A stretch of DNA of 64,000 nucleotides from Bacilli bacterium (GCA_017622175.1 JAGARQ010000029.1:30002-94001), one strand, 5' to 3'; positions 52,811 through 63,584 are shown, numbered from the stretch's first letter. Notes: generated by a model from the letters alone, not told the origin. Program-made: numbers and translations.

Positions 52811-53398
52811 TTATTGAGGTCTTGAAATAGCTATTCCATCACCAATTTCTAAAAATTCTGTATCATACTTTTTATTTTCTTTTAGAAATGTTGCATAGTC
52901 TTTAAGTTTTCTAACTAAAGCTCTTAGATTTCTACTTTTAATATCTTCAGGATCTTTGTTTACTAAACCATGGAAATTCATATTATCAGTAATAATTGTT
53001 CCTTTAGGATTTAGATATTTAGAGAACATTTCAAAAAATTTAATATTTTGAGCTTTAGCAGCATCAATAAAGATCAAATCATAGGTACCTTCAATTTTTA
53101 CATCAAATGCATCTTTATATATTAGATTAATTCTATCTTCTAAATGAAATTTTTTTATATTTTTTACTGCTTCAAGATATCTTTTTTCATCTCTTTCAAT
53201 TGTTGTTATTTCGATTTGTTCATCTACTAGTGCCATTTTTATTGCAGAATATCCTATAGCAGCACCTATTTCTAATATTCTTTTTACTTTATGTTTTTTT
53301 ATATATTCTGTTAAAAACTCGATTCCATCTTTTGTCATGATTGGAACATTATTTTCTTCTGCATATTCTTCAATGCGAACTAGTTCAGTTTCTACCAT
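52811..53398 (-). CDS. trmR: SAM-dependent O-methyltransferase, YrrM/TrmR-like
   Basis: 195 aa. ILEIGAAIGYSAIKMA (motif I), LIFIDAAK, family-3 O-methyltransferase layout. Adjacent to mltG, as yrrM is in B. subtilis. Confidence 0.6.
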   Translation of the reverse strand: MVETELVRIEEYAEENNVPIMTKDGIEFLTEYIKKHKVKRILEIGAAIGYSAIKMALVDEQIEITTIERDEKRYLEAVKNIKKFHLEDRINLIYKDAFDVKIEGTYDLIFIDAAKAQNIKFFEMFSKYLNPKGTIITDNMNFHGLVNKDPEDIKSRNLRALVRKLKDYATFLKENKKYDTEFLEIGDGIAISRPQ

Positions 53399-54468
53399 AT
53401 CCAGTCACCTTTTTCTTTTATTTCTTTTACTTTGGCATTGTGTTCTGCTAAAGTGCTTGTGAAATATATTTTACCATACTTATCCGCAACAAAGTATAAA
53501 TAATTTGACTTTGTTGGTGAAGTAGCGGCTTGGATTGATGATTCTGAAGGGTTACAAATTGGTCCAATTGGCATTTTTCCCATCATAGATGTTGAACGAG
53601 TGTTGTATGGGTTTACGGTTGCAAATTGAGCTGTTGTTAAATCTTGTGTCATTGGGTGTTGAAGAGCATAATAAGTTGTTACATCACTACCTAAATTCAT
53701 TCCTTTTATTAATCTATTTTCAAATACGTTTACTATTTGCTTTCTATTTTCAGTATTTGTTCCTTCTAGTTCTGCAAGGGATGCCATGGTTACATAATAA
53801 TGAACTGGTAATGTCATACTATCTTTATATTTATTTAATACTTTTTCTGTTTGATTTAACATAGTTTCAATTATTGCTTCAACTGAAACATCTTTATTTG
53901 AAAATTGATATGTATTTGGTGCAAGATATCCTTCTAATGGATAATAAATGCTTTCATTTAAAATATCTTCTGTTAAAAACCAATAATTATCAACTAATTT
54001 TTTAGCATAATTTTTATCTTTCATTATTGCTATTACTTCATCATATGTGTGATTTGTTTTATTAGAAATTGTTTTACTATAATCAGTTATCCATTCTCCT
54101 TCTTTGAAGGTAATTGTTATAACATCTGGATTATAACTATTTCCACTTTCTAGTACTTTTACTATTTCTTCTAAAGACATATCTTTTGTCATGGTATAAG
54201 TTGAAGCCTTCATAGGAGCTGGCCTTTTTACTTTAATATATATATTAAAGAATAGTTCACTTCTTATTAAGCCTTTTTGTTTTAAAATTACACCAATTTG
54301 ACGAGATGTTGTTCCATTAGGAATTATTACTTCTACTTTATTTTTGTCATTTTTATTAACTGGGCTTGTAAAAATAGACCAAGTTATTCCTAATGCAATT
54401 GCAATTATAATTAAAATTATTAAGATTATTAATAATGGTTTTGCCTTCATTTTCTTCTTAACTGTCAT
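53392..54468 (-). CDS. mltG: Endolytic murein transglycosylase MltG (YceG-like)
   Basis: N-terminal TM, LEGYLAPNTYQF, VNPYNTRSTSMMGKMPIGPICNPSESSIQAATSPTKSNYLYFVAD. The track start at 54483 is a TTG inside GAGGAGG, so the start was moved to ATG at 54468 (MTVKKKMK). Confidence 0.85.
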   Translation of the reverse strand: MTVKKKMKAKPLLIILIILIIIAIALGITWSIFTSPVNKNDKNKVEVIIPNGTTSRQIGVILKQKGLIRSELFFNIYIKVKRPAPMKASTYTMTKDMSLEEIVKVLESGNSYNPDVITITFKEGEWITDYSKTISNKTNHTYDEVIAIMKDKNYAKKLVDNYWFLTEDILNESIYYPLEGYLAPNTYQFSNKDVSVEAIIETMLNQTEKVLNKYKDSMTLPVHYYVTMASLAELEGTNTENRKQIVNVFENRLIKGMNLGSDVTTYYALQHPMTQDLTTAQFATVNPYNTRSTSMMGKMPIGPICNPSESSIQAATSPTKSNYLYFVADKYGKIYFTSTLAEHNAKVKEIKEKGDWIW

Positions 54469-54500
54469 TAAAGACCTCCTCAAGAAAAAATAAAGAGCTT

Positions 54501-54788
54501 TTATTGCTCGTTATTTTGTGATTTCTTTTTAATTTCTTCTTGTAGTGTTTCTAAAATTGTTTCAATTACTTTCCATTCTTTTTCAGTTTCAATTGCTTCT
54601 AATCTTCCATTATTATCTTCTGGATGATAGATTGATGCATAAACTTCAATATTTCCTTTTTCATCTCTAGTATTATCTGTATATACAATGTAGTTTTTCT
54701 TTGTTTCATCACTTTCAAATGTGAATAAAACATCGTATTCTACTTCTACTCCATTTTCATCTAACATTGTGAATGTATTCTTTTTCAT
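54501..54788 (-). CDS. DUF1292 protein (YrzB-like)
   Basis: 95 aa. FTMLDENGVEVEYDVLFTFESDETKKNYIVYTDN...LEAIETEKEW fits the DUF1292 pattern. Position matches yrzB. Confidence 0.7.
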   Translation of the reverse strand: MKKNTFTMLDENGVEVEYDVLFTFESDETKKNYIVYTDNTRDEKGNIEVYASIYHPEDNNGRLEAIETEKEWKVIETILETLQEEIKKKSQNNEQ

Positions 54789-54790
54789 AA

Positions 54791-55207
54791 TTAATTCCTC
54801 TTTCTATCTAAAAATGTTTGTAATATTATAGTGGCTGCTACACTATCAACTACTTTTTTTCTATCTTTTCGTGAGACATTTCCCATAATCAACATATCTG
54901 TAGCACTTTTCGTAGTTAGTCTTTCATCTTGAAGATGAATTGGTATTGTTACTAGTTTTTCTAGTTTTTCTTTAAATTCTAAACTAAGTTCGCCTTTAGG
55001 GCCAATTGTATTATTCATGTTTTTAGGAAAACCTAATACAATTTCATCGATTTTCAATTCTTCTACTAATTGTTGTACTTCTGTTAGTAGTCTATCATAT
55101 TCTTCATTATGACGAATTGTTTTATATGTGGACGCAATTAGTCCTGTTGCATCAGATGTGGCAATTCCTAAGGTTCTACTTCCTAAGTCTAATCCTAAAT
55201 ATTTCAT
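54791..55207 (-). CDS. ruvX: Pre-16S rRNA nuclease / Holliday junction resolvase-like RuvX (YqgF)
   Basis: 138 aa. LGLDLGSRTLGIATSD, VLGFPKNMNNTIGP, DERLTTKSA, AATIILQTFLD. Confidence 0.88.
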   Translation of the reverse strand: MKYLGLDLGSRTLGIATSDATGLIASTYKTIRHNEEYDRLLTEVQQLVEELKIDEIVLGFPKNMNNTIGPKGELSLEFKEKLEKLVTIPIHLQDERLTTKSATDMLIMGNVSRKDRKKVVDSVAATIILQTFLDRKRN

Positions 55208-55461
55208 TACTTATTTTTCTTTTGGAATTCTACTAGTAATATTTCTACGATTTTAGCGCGATCAATTTCTTGAATTTTATTTCTAGCATCTTTATAACTT
55301 GAAATATATCCTGGATCTCCACTGATTAAATATCCAACTATTTGGTTGATTGGATTGTATCCTCTTTCTTCTAATGCCGCATATACTTCTTTTAAAGTTA
55401 CACGTGTCATTTCTGTATCAAGTTCTTGCACGCTAAATAAGCTTGTATTTTCTTGTGACAT
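55207..55461 (-). CDS. IreB/UPF0297 family protein (YrzL-like)
   Basis: 84 aa. [41 protein letters not shown] is the UPF0297 signature. Confidence 0.8.
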   Translation of the reverse strand: MSQENTSLFSVQELDTEMTRVTLKEVYAALEERGYNPINQIVGYLISGDPGYISSYKDARNKIQEIDRAKIVEILLVEFQKKNK

Positions 55462-55532
55462 ATGATCACCTCACTATAATATTTATATTTTAATTTTATC
55501 ATTATTTACCTGTAATTACAATAATCGTTTTA

Positions 55533-56690
55533 TTATGCGGCATAGAAAAATGCCATGTAAATTGTAAATACTAAGAATAATAAAGTTATTATACAACCAT
55601 TAAGTTCTTCAAACCAACTACTTTTATTTTTAACACCTAATGATAATGTAATTAGCGCTCCTCCAATTAGACCACCAATGTGAGCTGCATTATCTACTCC
55701 AGAAATTAAAAATCCTGAGATTAAGTTAATTACTAGTAATGGTAAAATTTGACTTTTGATAACGTTTCCTAAATATACACGATAGTGATATCCAAAGTAT
55801 AATAGCGCTCCCATCAAACCAAAGATGGCTCCACTAGCACCAACTGATGCTACATCACCATTAAAGATAATTGAGAATAAACTTCCAAATAAGGCACTAA
55901 CAAAATAGATAACAATATATTTTGCTTTTCCTAGGAAACTTTCAAGTTGACTACCTAGAACATATAATGAATAGCAGTTTACTGCTAAATGTACTATTCC
56001 AGAATGTAAAAATGTTCCTGTTAAAAGTCTATAATATTGACCATATCTGATACTTGGTCCATGAACACAAAAGTCTAGAATAATGTTATTTAATTCTCCA
56101 AATAATGCTGGTGCTATATACATAATTACATTAAAAGCAATTAATATATATGTAATCATCGGAAACTTACTTTTAAACACTTTTTCAACTTTTTTTGCAT
56201 CTTCTTGGTTGTGCTTGTTAATATCACCAGTAATCTTCATAAATAATTCAGTCCCCTTTTCAGTAAATTTTAATTTCTTTTTTAAATCTGGGAAGGCTTT
56301 TTTAGCTTCTTCATTTTTATTAAGATCACTTTCTTCTTTTAGACGAATGCAAAGATTATTTTTTGTATTAGCCTCTTCAGTATTAACATTGTCACCCATA
56401 TTTAAGAAAAATGATGCTACGTTCATATCAAATATAGATAAAGTTTTTCTTTTTATCTTTTTCATGATTCTTTTTGTTTTAAATTTATCAAAATCAAATT
56501 GTTCATCATTGTGGATATATCCAGAAACAATTCTAACAACTTGATATTCTTCTTGTAGGTTTTCTAACCAAATTTCATCTTCAACCCCTTGAAGAATAAT
56601 AGGATTATAATTTTTTTCGGTAATAAAATAATGAAGAAGTTTCATCGCCATTACATTTTTATCATCGAATAAGACATCATCATGCTTCAT
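55533..56690 (-). CDS. Rhomboid-family intramembrane serine protease with cytoplasmic N-domain
   Basis: 385 aa. C-terminal 6 TM with YRLLTGTFLHSGIVHLAVN, GASGAIFGLMGA (catalytic Ser), AHIGGLIGG (catalytic His). Confidence 0.85.
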   Translation of the reverse strand: MKHDDVLFDDKNVMAMKLLHYFITEKNYNPIILQGVEDEIWLENLQEEYQVVRIVSGYIHNDEQFDFDKFKTKRIMKKIKRKTLSIFDMNVASFFLNMGDNVNTEEANTKNNLCIRLKEESDLNKNEEAKKAFPDLKKKLKFTEKGTELFMKITGDINKHNQEDAKKVEKVFKSKFPMITYILIAFNVIMYIAPALFGELNNIILDFCVHGPSIRYGQYYRLLTGTFLHSGIVHLAVNCYSLYVLGSQLESFLGKAKYIVIYFVSALFGSLFSIIFNGDVASVGASGAIFGLMGALLYFGYHYRVYLGNVIKSQILPLLVINLISGFLISGVDNAAHIGGLIGGALITLSLGVKNKSSWFEELNGCIITLLFLVFTIYMAFFYAA

Positions 56691-56761
56691 GTTTTGTTTA
56701 CCTCCTAAAATACTAATAATATTATAATATAAAACATAAAATAATAAAAGAGGTGATTATT

Positions 56762-57220
56762 TTGTTAAGAAAGTTTTTTATATTTATTTTATGTCTTGCT
56801 CCATGGTTTTTAGCAACATTAGTTCCAGTTGATTATAATTATTATAATGATATTATTTTACCATGGTTTGCTCCTCCTACTATATTTTATAGTATTGCTT
56901 GGACAATTGTTTACATATTAATTGCATTAACAATAACTATGATAATTGATTCTTATAAGTTTAAAGAGATTCCTATGTCTTATAAAATAACATTACTTGT
57001 TAATTATTTATTTAATCAAAGTTATACTTTAGTATTTTTTGGACTTAAAAATAATTTTTTAGGTTTTGTTAGTTGTTTGGGCACTTTAATTAGTTGTTTA
57101 TTTTTAGTTAATGAGACTTATAATTTAAAAGAAAAAAGTAGAAAGTACTTTATTCCATATATTTTACTTTCTACTTTTGCTGTTATTCTTTCATTTTCAA
57201 TTTATATTTTAAACTTATAA
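56762..57220 (+). CDS. tspO: TspO/MBR family tryptophan-rich sensory protein
   Basis: 5-TM protein with LPWFAPPTIFYSIAWTIVYILIAL. The track start at 56753 is a GTG inside AAAGAGGTGA, so TTG at 56762 is proposed. The exact start is uncertain. Confidence 0.65.
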   Translation: MLRKFFIFILCLAPWFLATLVPVDYNYYNDIILPWFAPPTIFYSIAWTIVYILIALTITMIIDSYKFKEIPMSYKITLLVNYLFNQSYTLVFFGLKNNFLGFVSCLGTLISCLFLVNETYNLKEKSRKYFIPYILLSTFAVILSFSIYILNL

Positions 57221-57247
57221 AAACTTCAGTTTGACTGAAGTTTTTTT
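57219..57247. terminator. Bidirectional rho-independent terminator between tspO and the histidine kinase
   Basis: 10-bp stem AAACTTCAGT (57221-57230) / ACTGAAGTTT (57234-57243), loop TTG. T-run downstream and A-run upstream. Confidence 0.6.
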
Positions 57248-59513
57248 ACATTTCATTATAAGTTTTTGCAATATTTAATGCTTTATTATATTCAGTTTCA
57301 AGTTCAGTAAAATGTTCTTGAACGAATGTCGAATCATTTTCTTTACTTTTTAATTCATGTTGATAAGAGATATCTGCTAAAGACATAAAACCTAAGTATT
57401 TGGCATCACTTTTTAAAGAGTGAACTTCTATAGCATAGTTTTCCATATCATTGTTATCTTTATAATTAATTATGTTTTGCCATTTTTCTTCTACTTCTGA
57501 TAAGAAATCTGAAATAGTCATATTATACATTTCAATATCTCCTAGTAATTCTAGGGCTTTATCTAAATCAACTTTATTTTCTCTTAAGTATGATTCTTTT
57601 GAAGGAGCAATTGGTTCAACTAATTCTAATTCTTGTGTTGTTTCTAATAGTTCTATTTCGTCCTCTTCAGGGGGATTTGGACTAGTTTGATATTTACTGA
57701 AAATTGTATTACATACTCTAATAAGTTCATCTTTTTCTATTGGTTTTGCTAGATAATCTTCAAATCCTTCACTTAGATATTTTTCTTTCATTCCCGTAAT
57801 AGCATTTGCAGTTAGGATAACAACTGGTTGATTAAATCCATCAAGTTCTTTTAGTTTATGGAATGTTTCTACTCCACTCATCTTTGGCATCATATCATCC
57901 ATTAAGATAATATCAAATACTTTTCCTGATTTAATTAGTTCAATACAATCAAATCCATTATCTAATGATGTTATGTTGTTAGCATTAAATCTTTCTAATA
58001 TCTTATTAGCAACTTTTATATTTAATGAGTTGTCATCTACTAATAAAATCTTTTTATCTTTTAAATCTAGGGTTGTTTTTATTTCTGTTTTTTGTTCTAC
58101 AAGAACTGGAGTTTTTTCAATACTTTGATTTAAGACAACTGTGAATTTAGAACCTTCTCCGTAAACTGTATGGACAAGTATTTTTCCACCCATTAGTTCA
58201 ATTAATTGTTTAGTAATCGCAAGTCCTAGACCAGTTCCTTCAATAGTTGTATTTCTATCTTCATCAAGTCTTTGGAATTTAGTAAATAATTTATCAATAC
58301 TTTCTTGTTTAATTCCTCGGCCAGTATCTTCTACTGTGATTATTAATTTAGATATATTATTACTATTAATACAATTTACTTCATAACGTACTGAACCTTT
58401 ATCAGTATATTTATAGGCGTTACTTAAAAGGTTGGTAATAATTTTTTTAAGATTAGCATGGTCTCCAAATAATGTATCAGGAAGATCCGGAGCAATATAA
58501 TAGCTAAAATCTAAGCCTTTTTCTTGCATTTTTGGTGTTATTAACTTAGCAAGTCCTTCAAATGTTTGTTTTGCATTATATTTAGAATTTACAATTTCAA
58601 GTTTACCTGCTTCTATTTTAGAAATATCTAGAATACCATTGACTATTTCTAAAAGTGTTTTTGATGCATTTACAATATCTTGAGCATTTTCTTTAGCTTC
58701 TTCTAATGAATTAGATGACATTATGTAATCACTAAAACCAACAATGGCATTTAATGGTGTTCTAATTTCATGTGACATACTTGATAAAAAGTCAGTTTTA
58801 GCGTGATTGGCTTTGTCAGCTTGTTCTTTAGCCACATCTAATTGATGTATCATTTTAACATCAGGATTTTCTATTGTGTTATACATTAAAAAAATAAGAA
58901 AAGTTTCCATTGATGTTGCTAATGTTAATGCAGGATTCATTTGTTGAATCAGTGCAACTGCGCCACATCCAATAATATATGCAAATAATAAAAGTGTTTT
59001 TTTCCTTTTTATATTCTTAAATTTAAATATCATCATGCCAACACATAGTAATGTACAAATTGTAGATACAAAATACACTACATTGGCAGCTGGTCCAGAT
59101 GAGTACATCACACCATTATTACTATATAATTCTATGGGAACAACTAATACAACTATAGCCATTATCATTTCAAATATTGAGGCAATAAGTCGTATTTTAT
59201 TATGAACTTGTTTAGATTTGTTTTCTGTTCCATCTATAATTGTAATATATACTGCATACATTCCGAATAAAATTGCAAATGTTAACAAGTATACAAGAAA
59301 TAATTTATTAATCAATATTACTAAAATATTTTCTGTTCCTAAAAAGTATATTGAAGAAATACATCCAAACTCTAATAGTATTCCTATTAAATTGCTTACA
59401 ACCATAATACTAAACATTTTTGTTTCATATGTTTTTATATGTTTTTTGGAAAAAAATATAATATTTAAAAATATAGAATATAGCAAACTAACACATAAAA
59501 TTGCAATTCCCAT
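57246..59513 (-). CDS. Hybrid sensor histidine kinase (multi-TM sensor, HisKA, HATPase_c, REC, HPt)
   Basis: 755 aa. About 7 N-terminal TM helices, H-box SHEIRTPLNAI, N/G boxes (LLSNAYKYT, DTGRGI, GTGLGLAI), receiver LLVDDNSLN...DIILMDDMMPKMSG, and C-terminal HPt HSLKSDAKYLG. Confidence 0.88.
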   Translation of the reverse strand: MGIAILCVSLLYSIFLNIIFFSKKHIKTYETKMFSIMVVSNLIGILLEFGCISSIYFLGTENILVILINKLFLVYLLTFAILFGMYAVYITIIDGTENKSKQVHNKIRLIASIFEMIMAIVVLVVPIELYSNNGVMYSSGPAANVVYFVSTICTLLCVGMMIFKFKNIKRKKTLLLFAYIIGCGAVALIQQMNPALTLATSMETFLIFLMYNTIENPDVKMIHQLDVAKEQADKANHAKTDFLSSMSHEIRTPLNAIVGFSDYIMSSNSLEEAKENAQDIVNASKTLLEIVNGILDISKIEAGKLEIVNSKYNAKQTFEGLAKLITPKMQEKGLDFSYYIAPDLPDTLFGDHANLKKIITNLLSNAYKYTDKGSVRYEVNCINSNNISKLIITVEDTGRGIKQESIDKLFTKFQRLDEDRNTTIEGTGLGLAITKQLIELMGGKILVHTVYGEGSKFTVVLNQSIEKTPVLVEQKTEIKTTLDLKDKKILLVDDNSLNIKVANKILERFNANNITSLDNGFDCIELIKSGKVFDIILMDDMMPKMSGVETFHKLKELDGFNQPVVILTANAITGMKEKYLSEGFEDYLAKPIEKDELIRVCNTIFSKYQTSPNPPEEDEIELLETTQELELVEPIAPSKESYLRENKVDLDKALELLGDIEMYNMTISDFLSEVEEKWQNIINYKDNNDMENYAIEVHSLKSDAKYLGFMSLADISYQHELKSKENDSTFVQEHFTELETEYNKALNIAKTYNEM

Positions 59514-59551
59514 TCTATACCACCTCTATTATAAATATATCATAGTTGAAT

Positions 59552-59580
59552 AAAAAAAAATAGATTAATCAAATCTATTT
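59552..59580 (-). terminator. Rho-independent terminator after the adenylate-forming enzyme gene
   Basis: 9-bp stem AAATAGATT (59558-59566) / AATCTATTT (59572-59580). Followed on the minus strand by a T-run. Overlaps the stop codon. Confidence 0.5.
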
Positions 59581-61539
59581 TTTATATACTTTTGATGATT
59601 CTCCAATTGACACTAATTCAATCTTCGAATCATATCCTACTTCTACAGGTTTAACACACTTAGATGTTACACCTTCTTGTTTAAGTGCTTGACCATTTCT
59701 TTTTCCACAACCAGTCAATTCAAAAGATTCGTCAAAAGAATGAACTCTATATAATAATCTTGATGTAAAATCTTCTCCAAACTGTTTTTTACATCGTTGA
59801 TCTGCACTATATAGAATTTGTGGTAATTTTGTTTTTTCTGGTTGAAGTTCTACGTGAGCAACATAATAACTAGTCTCAGGATCTTCAACAACTTCACAAG
59901 ATAAAATATTTTTCGTATCTTTTAAAATTGTATCTGCTACAACAAAAGGTGGAAGTGTTTCTTTTTCTGATGGCATTCTTCCTTTCATATGAACTCCACC
60001 CATACTATCTATGTAGCTATAAACATTACAGTCTCCCCAAACTTTTCCATTTGCATCTTTAATAAAAAATCTTTCTGTTGCTTCAGGATTATTTTTGTAA
60101 CATTTCATATTACATGGCGAATTTGCAACTAAACGTCCCATTTGATATGGTTGACATTCTTTTCCTTCTTCATCTAAAACTGCTACATCTACCATTTGAA
60201 AAGGATTTAGTCCGGCAACTTGTTTTTTTAACAATCTTCCTGGAGTTTTACTTTGCAAGGCTCTAAATAAAATCCAGAATATACCACCATGTTCACAATC
60301 GCCACCTGCCACTGACATGGTAATTGGCGATACAGGTGATGGTATTTTATTTCGACCAGCCTGCAATCTTCTTAAACCTTTATTTAAGAATTTTTCTTCA
60401 TTCCTTTCTAATGGTTCACCAACTGAGAATGGTATTAGTAAAAATGGCATTTTTATATTTTTATATTTTGGATCATATAATACCTTTTTCATTGTATTAA
60501 TCCAAAAACTTCTTGTAGCAACAACATATGTTGGCTCATTGATAAGTAATGAATCAATAAAGAAATCTTTATCATAAATTGGTTCTAAAGCAAGTTTTGA
60601 ACCTTGCATTAACGAATCTGAAATACTAGATATTATGTCAGTGTTTGAGTGAGTTGGTATTTGCGCTTGAATTGTAAAATTCTTCATTGAAGCAGATTTT
60701 TGCACATCAGTATCGTGACATCGACCAATTGTAATAAAACTTCTTACAGTATGTACAATGGCTTTAGCTCGTGTTGAATTTGTAGAACCACTTGAGTATG
60801 TAATTGTAAATTCATCATCAAGATCAACATCTGAAAGTAACCATCCTTTAAATGATTCTCCAACTTTTAAAAATTCTTTTATATCACATATATTAGAGTT
60901 TGTTTGCTTATGATGCTCAACACTATTTACAAATTTTCCATGTGCCTGGTCAAATAGTTCATATGGATTACCTGTTTTAGGTAACGAATCTGTTAGGGAT
61001 GTCATAATTATTTTTGAAATATGACTATCAGCTATCGCACCTTTCAATTCATCATATTTTCCATCTTCTACAAACATTAATTCTGCATTACATCCATCAA
61101 TTATTTCAGTAATGTAATCCTTGTCAAATTCTGTAGAAAAAATATTTGCTTTTGCCCCAATCATACTAATCGCACCAAGTAAATAAACAAGTTCCGGTGT
61201 ATTCGACATACAAATTGGAATCTCTGTTCCTTTTGTTACACCTAACTGTTTTAATGACTGTGCATATTTTCGCATGTTCTCAAACATTTCTCCATAAGTC
61301 ACTTCTGTGCCTCTATAGAACAATGCAATATCATTTAAGTTATTTTTATTTCTATGATATAGTTCTTCATACCATGAGTGATTATGGTTTTGTTCTAATT
61401 CTTCAAGAACATCTTGAATAAATCTATCGTTTTTTTCTTTCTTTTTTTCTGAAAAACTTTTTCTTTTAATTTCTCCGGCTTTTGTCGATAAACTTAATTT
61501 TTCTTTTGAAATTTTTAACAATTCTTTTATATTAATCAT
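59575..61539 (-). CDS. Adenylate-forming (AMP-binding/acyl-CoA-synthetase-like) family protein, divergent
   Basis: 654 aa. YGEMFENMRKYAQSLKQLGVTKGTEIPI, ITYSSGSTNSTRAKAIVHT (degenerate T[ST]G[ST]TG.PK motif), SVAGGDCEHGG. The overall ANL superfamily layout is present. Substrate unknown. Confidence 0.5.
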   Translation of the reverse strand: MINIKELLKISKEKLSLSTKAGEIKRKSFSEKKKEKNDRFIQDVLEELEQNHNHSWYEELYHRNKNNLNDIALFYRGTEVTYGEMFENMRKYAQSLKQLGVTKGTEIPICMSNTPELVYLLGAISMIGAKANIFSTEFDKDYITEIIDGCNAELMFVEDGKYDELKGAIADSHISKIIMTSLTDSLPKTGNPYELFDQAHGKFVNSVEHHKQTNSNICDIKEFLKVGESFKGWLLSDVDLDDEFTITYSSGSTNSTRAKAIVHTVRSFITIGRCHDTDVQKSASMKNFTIQAQIPTHSNTDIISSISDSLMQGSKLALEPIYDKDFFIDSLLINEPTYVVATRSFWINTMKKVLYDPKYKNIKMPFLLIPFSVGEPLERNEEKFLNKGLRRLQAGRNKIPSPVSPITMSVAGGDCEHGGIFWILFRALQSKTPGRLLKKQVAGLNPFQMVDVAVLDEEGKECQPYQMGRLVANSPCNMKCYKNNPEATERFFIKDANGKVWGDCNVYSYIDSMGGVHMKGRMPSEKETLPPFVVADTILKDTKNILSCEVVEDPETSYYVAHVELQPEKTKLPQILYSADQRCKKQFGEDFTSRLLYRVHSFDESFELTGCGKRNGQALKQEGVTSKCVKPVEVGYDSKIELVSIGESSKVYKK

Positions 61540-61637
61540 ATTAACCTCCTGAAATGGCTATTATTCAAGTTAAGTATATCATTATGTTTTTTTAGATAAC
61601 AACAAATTTTACTTATTTAGACATAAAAAAGAGAGTT

Positions 61638-62120
61638 TTAACCTCTCTTTATTTGTTTTCTTCTTTGTTTTTGTACTTTTTTCATTTCTTTTATTGCTTC
61701 ATTTGTACTTCTTTTTTCTTGTTTTTTACGTTCTTTTCTAGCTTGTTGGTCTTTATAATACTGATTCAATCTTGAATGTTCGAAGTTTTCAACTATTGTA
61801 TCTATGTCTTCCTTACTTGCTTCTCTAATAGGATATTTTTCATTAATAAAATCATCTATTAATAATTGTGTTTCTCCATCTTCTAACTTTTGTGCAATAC
61901 TACTATCAGTTAATATATATGGAGCAGATACACAATTATATGTTCCTTCATTCTTTTTTAGATAAGTTCCTTTTTTAAAGCTTCGACCAGTCAATGTTTC
62001 TTTATAACCAAATGCTGTTTTCTTTACTAATATATCGTCTGTTATTACTTTTACTGCACCATTGCCATAGAAAAACAGTGGTTTTATCATTACCATTTTA
62101 GCTACATATAATTTTGCCAT
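61638..62120 (-). CDS. Hypothetical protein with basic C-terminal tail
   Basis: 160 aa. The last 40 aa are K/R/Q-rich. No family recognised. Confidence 0.35.
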   Translation of the reverse strand: MAKLYVAKMVMIKPLFFYGNGAVKVITDDILVKKTAFGYKETLTGRSFKKGTYLKKNEGTYNCVSAPYILTDSSIAQKLEDGETQLLIDDFINEKYPIREASKEDIDTIVENFEHSRLNQYYKDQQARKERKKQEKRSTNEAIKEMKKVQKQRRKQIKRG

Positions 62121-62121
62121 A

Positions 62122-63009
62122 TTATTCCTCTATCCTTAATTCTTCTAATTTTTCCAAGAATTCTTTTGGTGGTTCTACTTCAAAGAATATTTCTTTACCA
62201 GTTCTTGGATGATTAAATTTAATTGATTTTGAATGTAGCATTTGGCCAAAGTCAATTGCTTTACCTTTACCATAGGCTGGGTCATTTAATACTGGGTGAT
62301 TTATATAAGCAAGATGTACTCTAATTTGATGAGTTCTTCCTGTTTCTAGAATACATTCGATTAAAGTATTTTCTTTAAATTGTTCTAATACTCTAAAGTG
62401 AGTTATTGCTTCTTTGGCATTTTGATCTGTTACTGCCATTTTTTGTCTATCAGTTGTATCTCTTCCGATAGGTGCATCAATTGTTCCTGTGTCATGTTTA
62501 ATAAGGCCTGTTACAATAGCTAGATAATGACGTTCTACTTCTTTTTTAGAAATCATTTCAGATAGTTTTTCATGTGTCCATTCATTTTTAGCTACTAACA
62601 TTAATCCTGATGTATCTTTATCTAATCTATGAACAATTCCTGGTCTATGTTGTTCTCCACCAGTAATATTAAATCTATAAAGTAATGCATTTACTAATGT
62701 ACCTGTATAATGTCCTGGTGCTGGATGAACTACCATTCCACTTTTTTTATTAATAACTAATAAATCATCATCTTCATATACTACATCAATTTCAATATTT
62801 TCTGGTTCTACATTTATTTCATAATTTAAGTCATCATTTACTTCTATTTCATCATTTAATTTTACTTGGTAACTTCCATTTACATTTTTACCATTTACTG
62901 TTACTAAATTTTCTTTAATTAATTTTTGTACTTTACTACGAGACAGTTCTAATTGTTCTGATAAATAACTATCTAATCTTGAATTAACTTCTGTTTCTAC
63001 TTTTATCAT
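62122..63009 (-). CDS. rluD: RluA-family 23S rRNA pseudouridine synthase (RluD-type, with S4 domain)
   Basis: RLDSYLSEQL...SRSKVQKLI (S4), HRLDKDTSGLMLVAKN catalytic Asp motif, GRTHQIRVHL. Start moved to ATG at 63009 (MIKVETEV), 6 nt after GAAGGAGG. Confidence 0.85.
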   Translation of the reverse strand: MIKVETEVNSRLDSYLSEQLELSRSKVQKLIKENLVTVNGKNVNGSYQVKLNDEIEVNDDLNYEINVEPENIEIDVVYEDDDLLVINKKSGMVVHPAPGHYTGTLVNALLYRFNITGGEQHRPGIVHRLDKDTSGLMLVAKNEWTHEKLSEMISKKEVERHYLAIVTGLIKHDTGTIDAPIGRDTTDRQKMAVTDQNAKEAITHFRVLEQFKENTLIECILETGRTHQIRVHLAYINHPVLNDPAYGKGKAIDFGQMLHSKSIKFNHPRTGKEIFFEVEPPKEFLEKLEELRIEE

Positions 63010-63093
63010 AAGAGTTTCCTCCTTCATTTCGACTTGTATTATAACATATCTATTTTTATTTTACCATAAAAAAAGTATTGATTACTCAATACT

Positions 63094-63321
63094 TTAAATT
63101 ATATCTTTTATTTGTTCATAGAACATTGGTAATAGTTTGTTTACTAGTTCTTTATCTTCTACTTCTGTAAGTTTATCTCCATTTTTATATAGAAATTTAA
63201 CATTAGATATTTCATTAATATCTACTAAGTAATAATATATTCTATACTCATAATCAACAATACTTACTACTTGATATTCATTTTGGTCACTTAATGTGAC
63301 AATATCTTTTATTTCAATCAT
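63094..63321 (-). CDS. Hypothetical small protein
   Basis: 75-aa ORF with a 4-nt overlap with the upstream ORF. No family recognised. Confidence 0.35.
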   Translation of the reverse strand: MIEIKDIVTLSDQNEYQVVSIVDYEYRIYYYLVDINEISNVKFLYKNGDKLTEVEDKELVNKLLPMFYEQIKDII

Positions 63322-63584
63322 CTTGATTTACCTTTTAGTTCTTCTTTTGCTTTTGATTTTTCTTCGATGTTTTCTTTTAATCCTTTAATACTTGCACTTG
63401 CAATACCTACTCCACCAAAAGCAGTTAATGTATGAAGTAGTCCTCCTGTTATTACACCAAAACCTACTCCAGCAAGTATAATCCCTGCTACTGCGAATAT
63501 TGAATTTAATGCAATTTTACCATTTGTTCTTTTGATTACTTCTTCTGGTTTTTCAATTTTTTCAATTGTATAGTCTTTTGCCAT
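63318..63584 (-). CDS. Small membrane protein (2 TM, Gly-rich)
   Basis: 88 aa. IALNSIFAVAGIILAGVGFGVITGGLLHTLTAFGGVGIASA. Confidence 0.4.
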   Translation of the reverse strand: MAKDYTIEKIEKPEEVIKRTNGKIALNSIFAVAGIILAGVGFGVITGGLLHTLTAFGGVGIASASIKGLKENIEEKSKAKEELKGKSR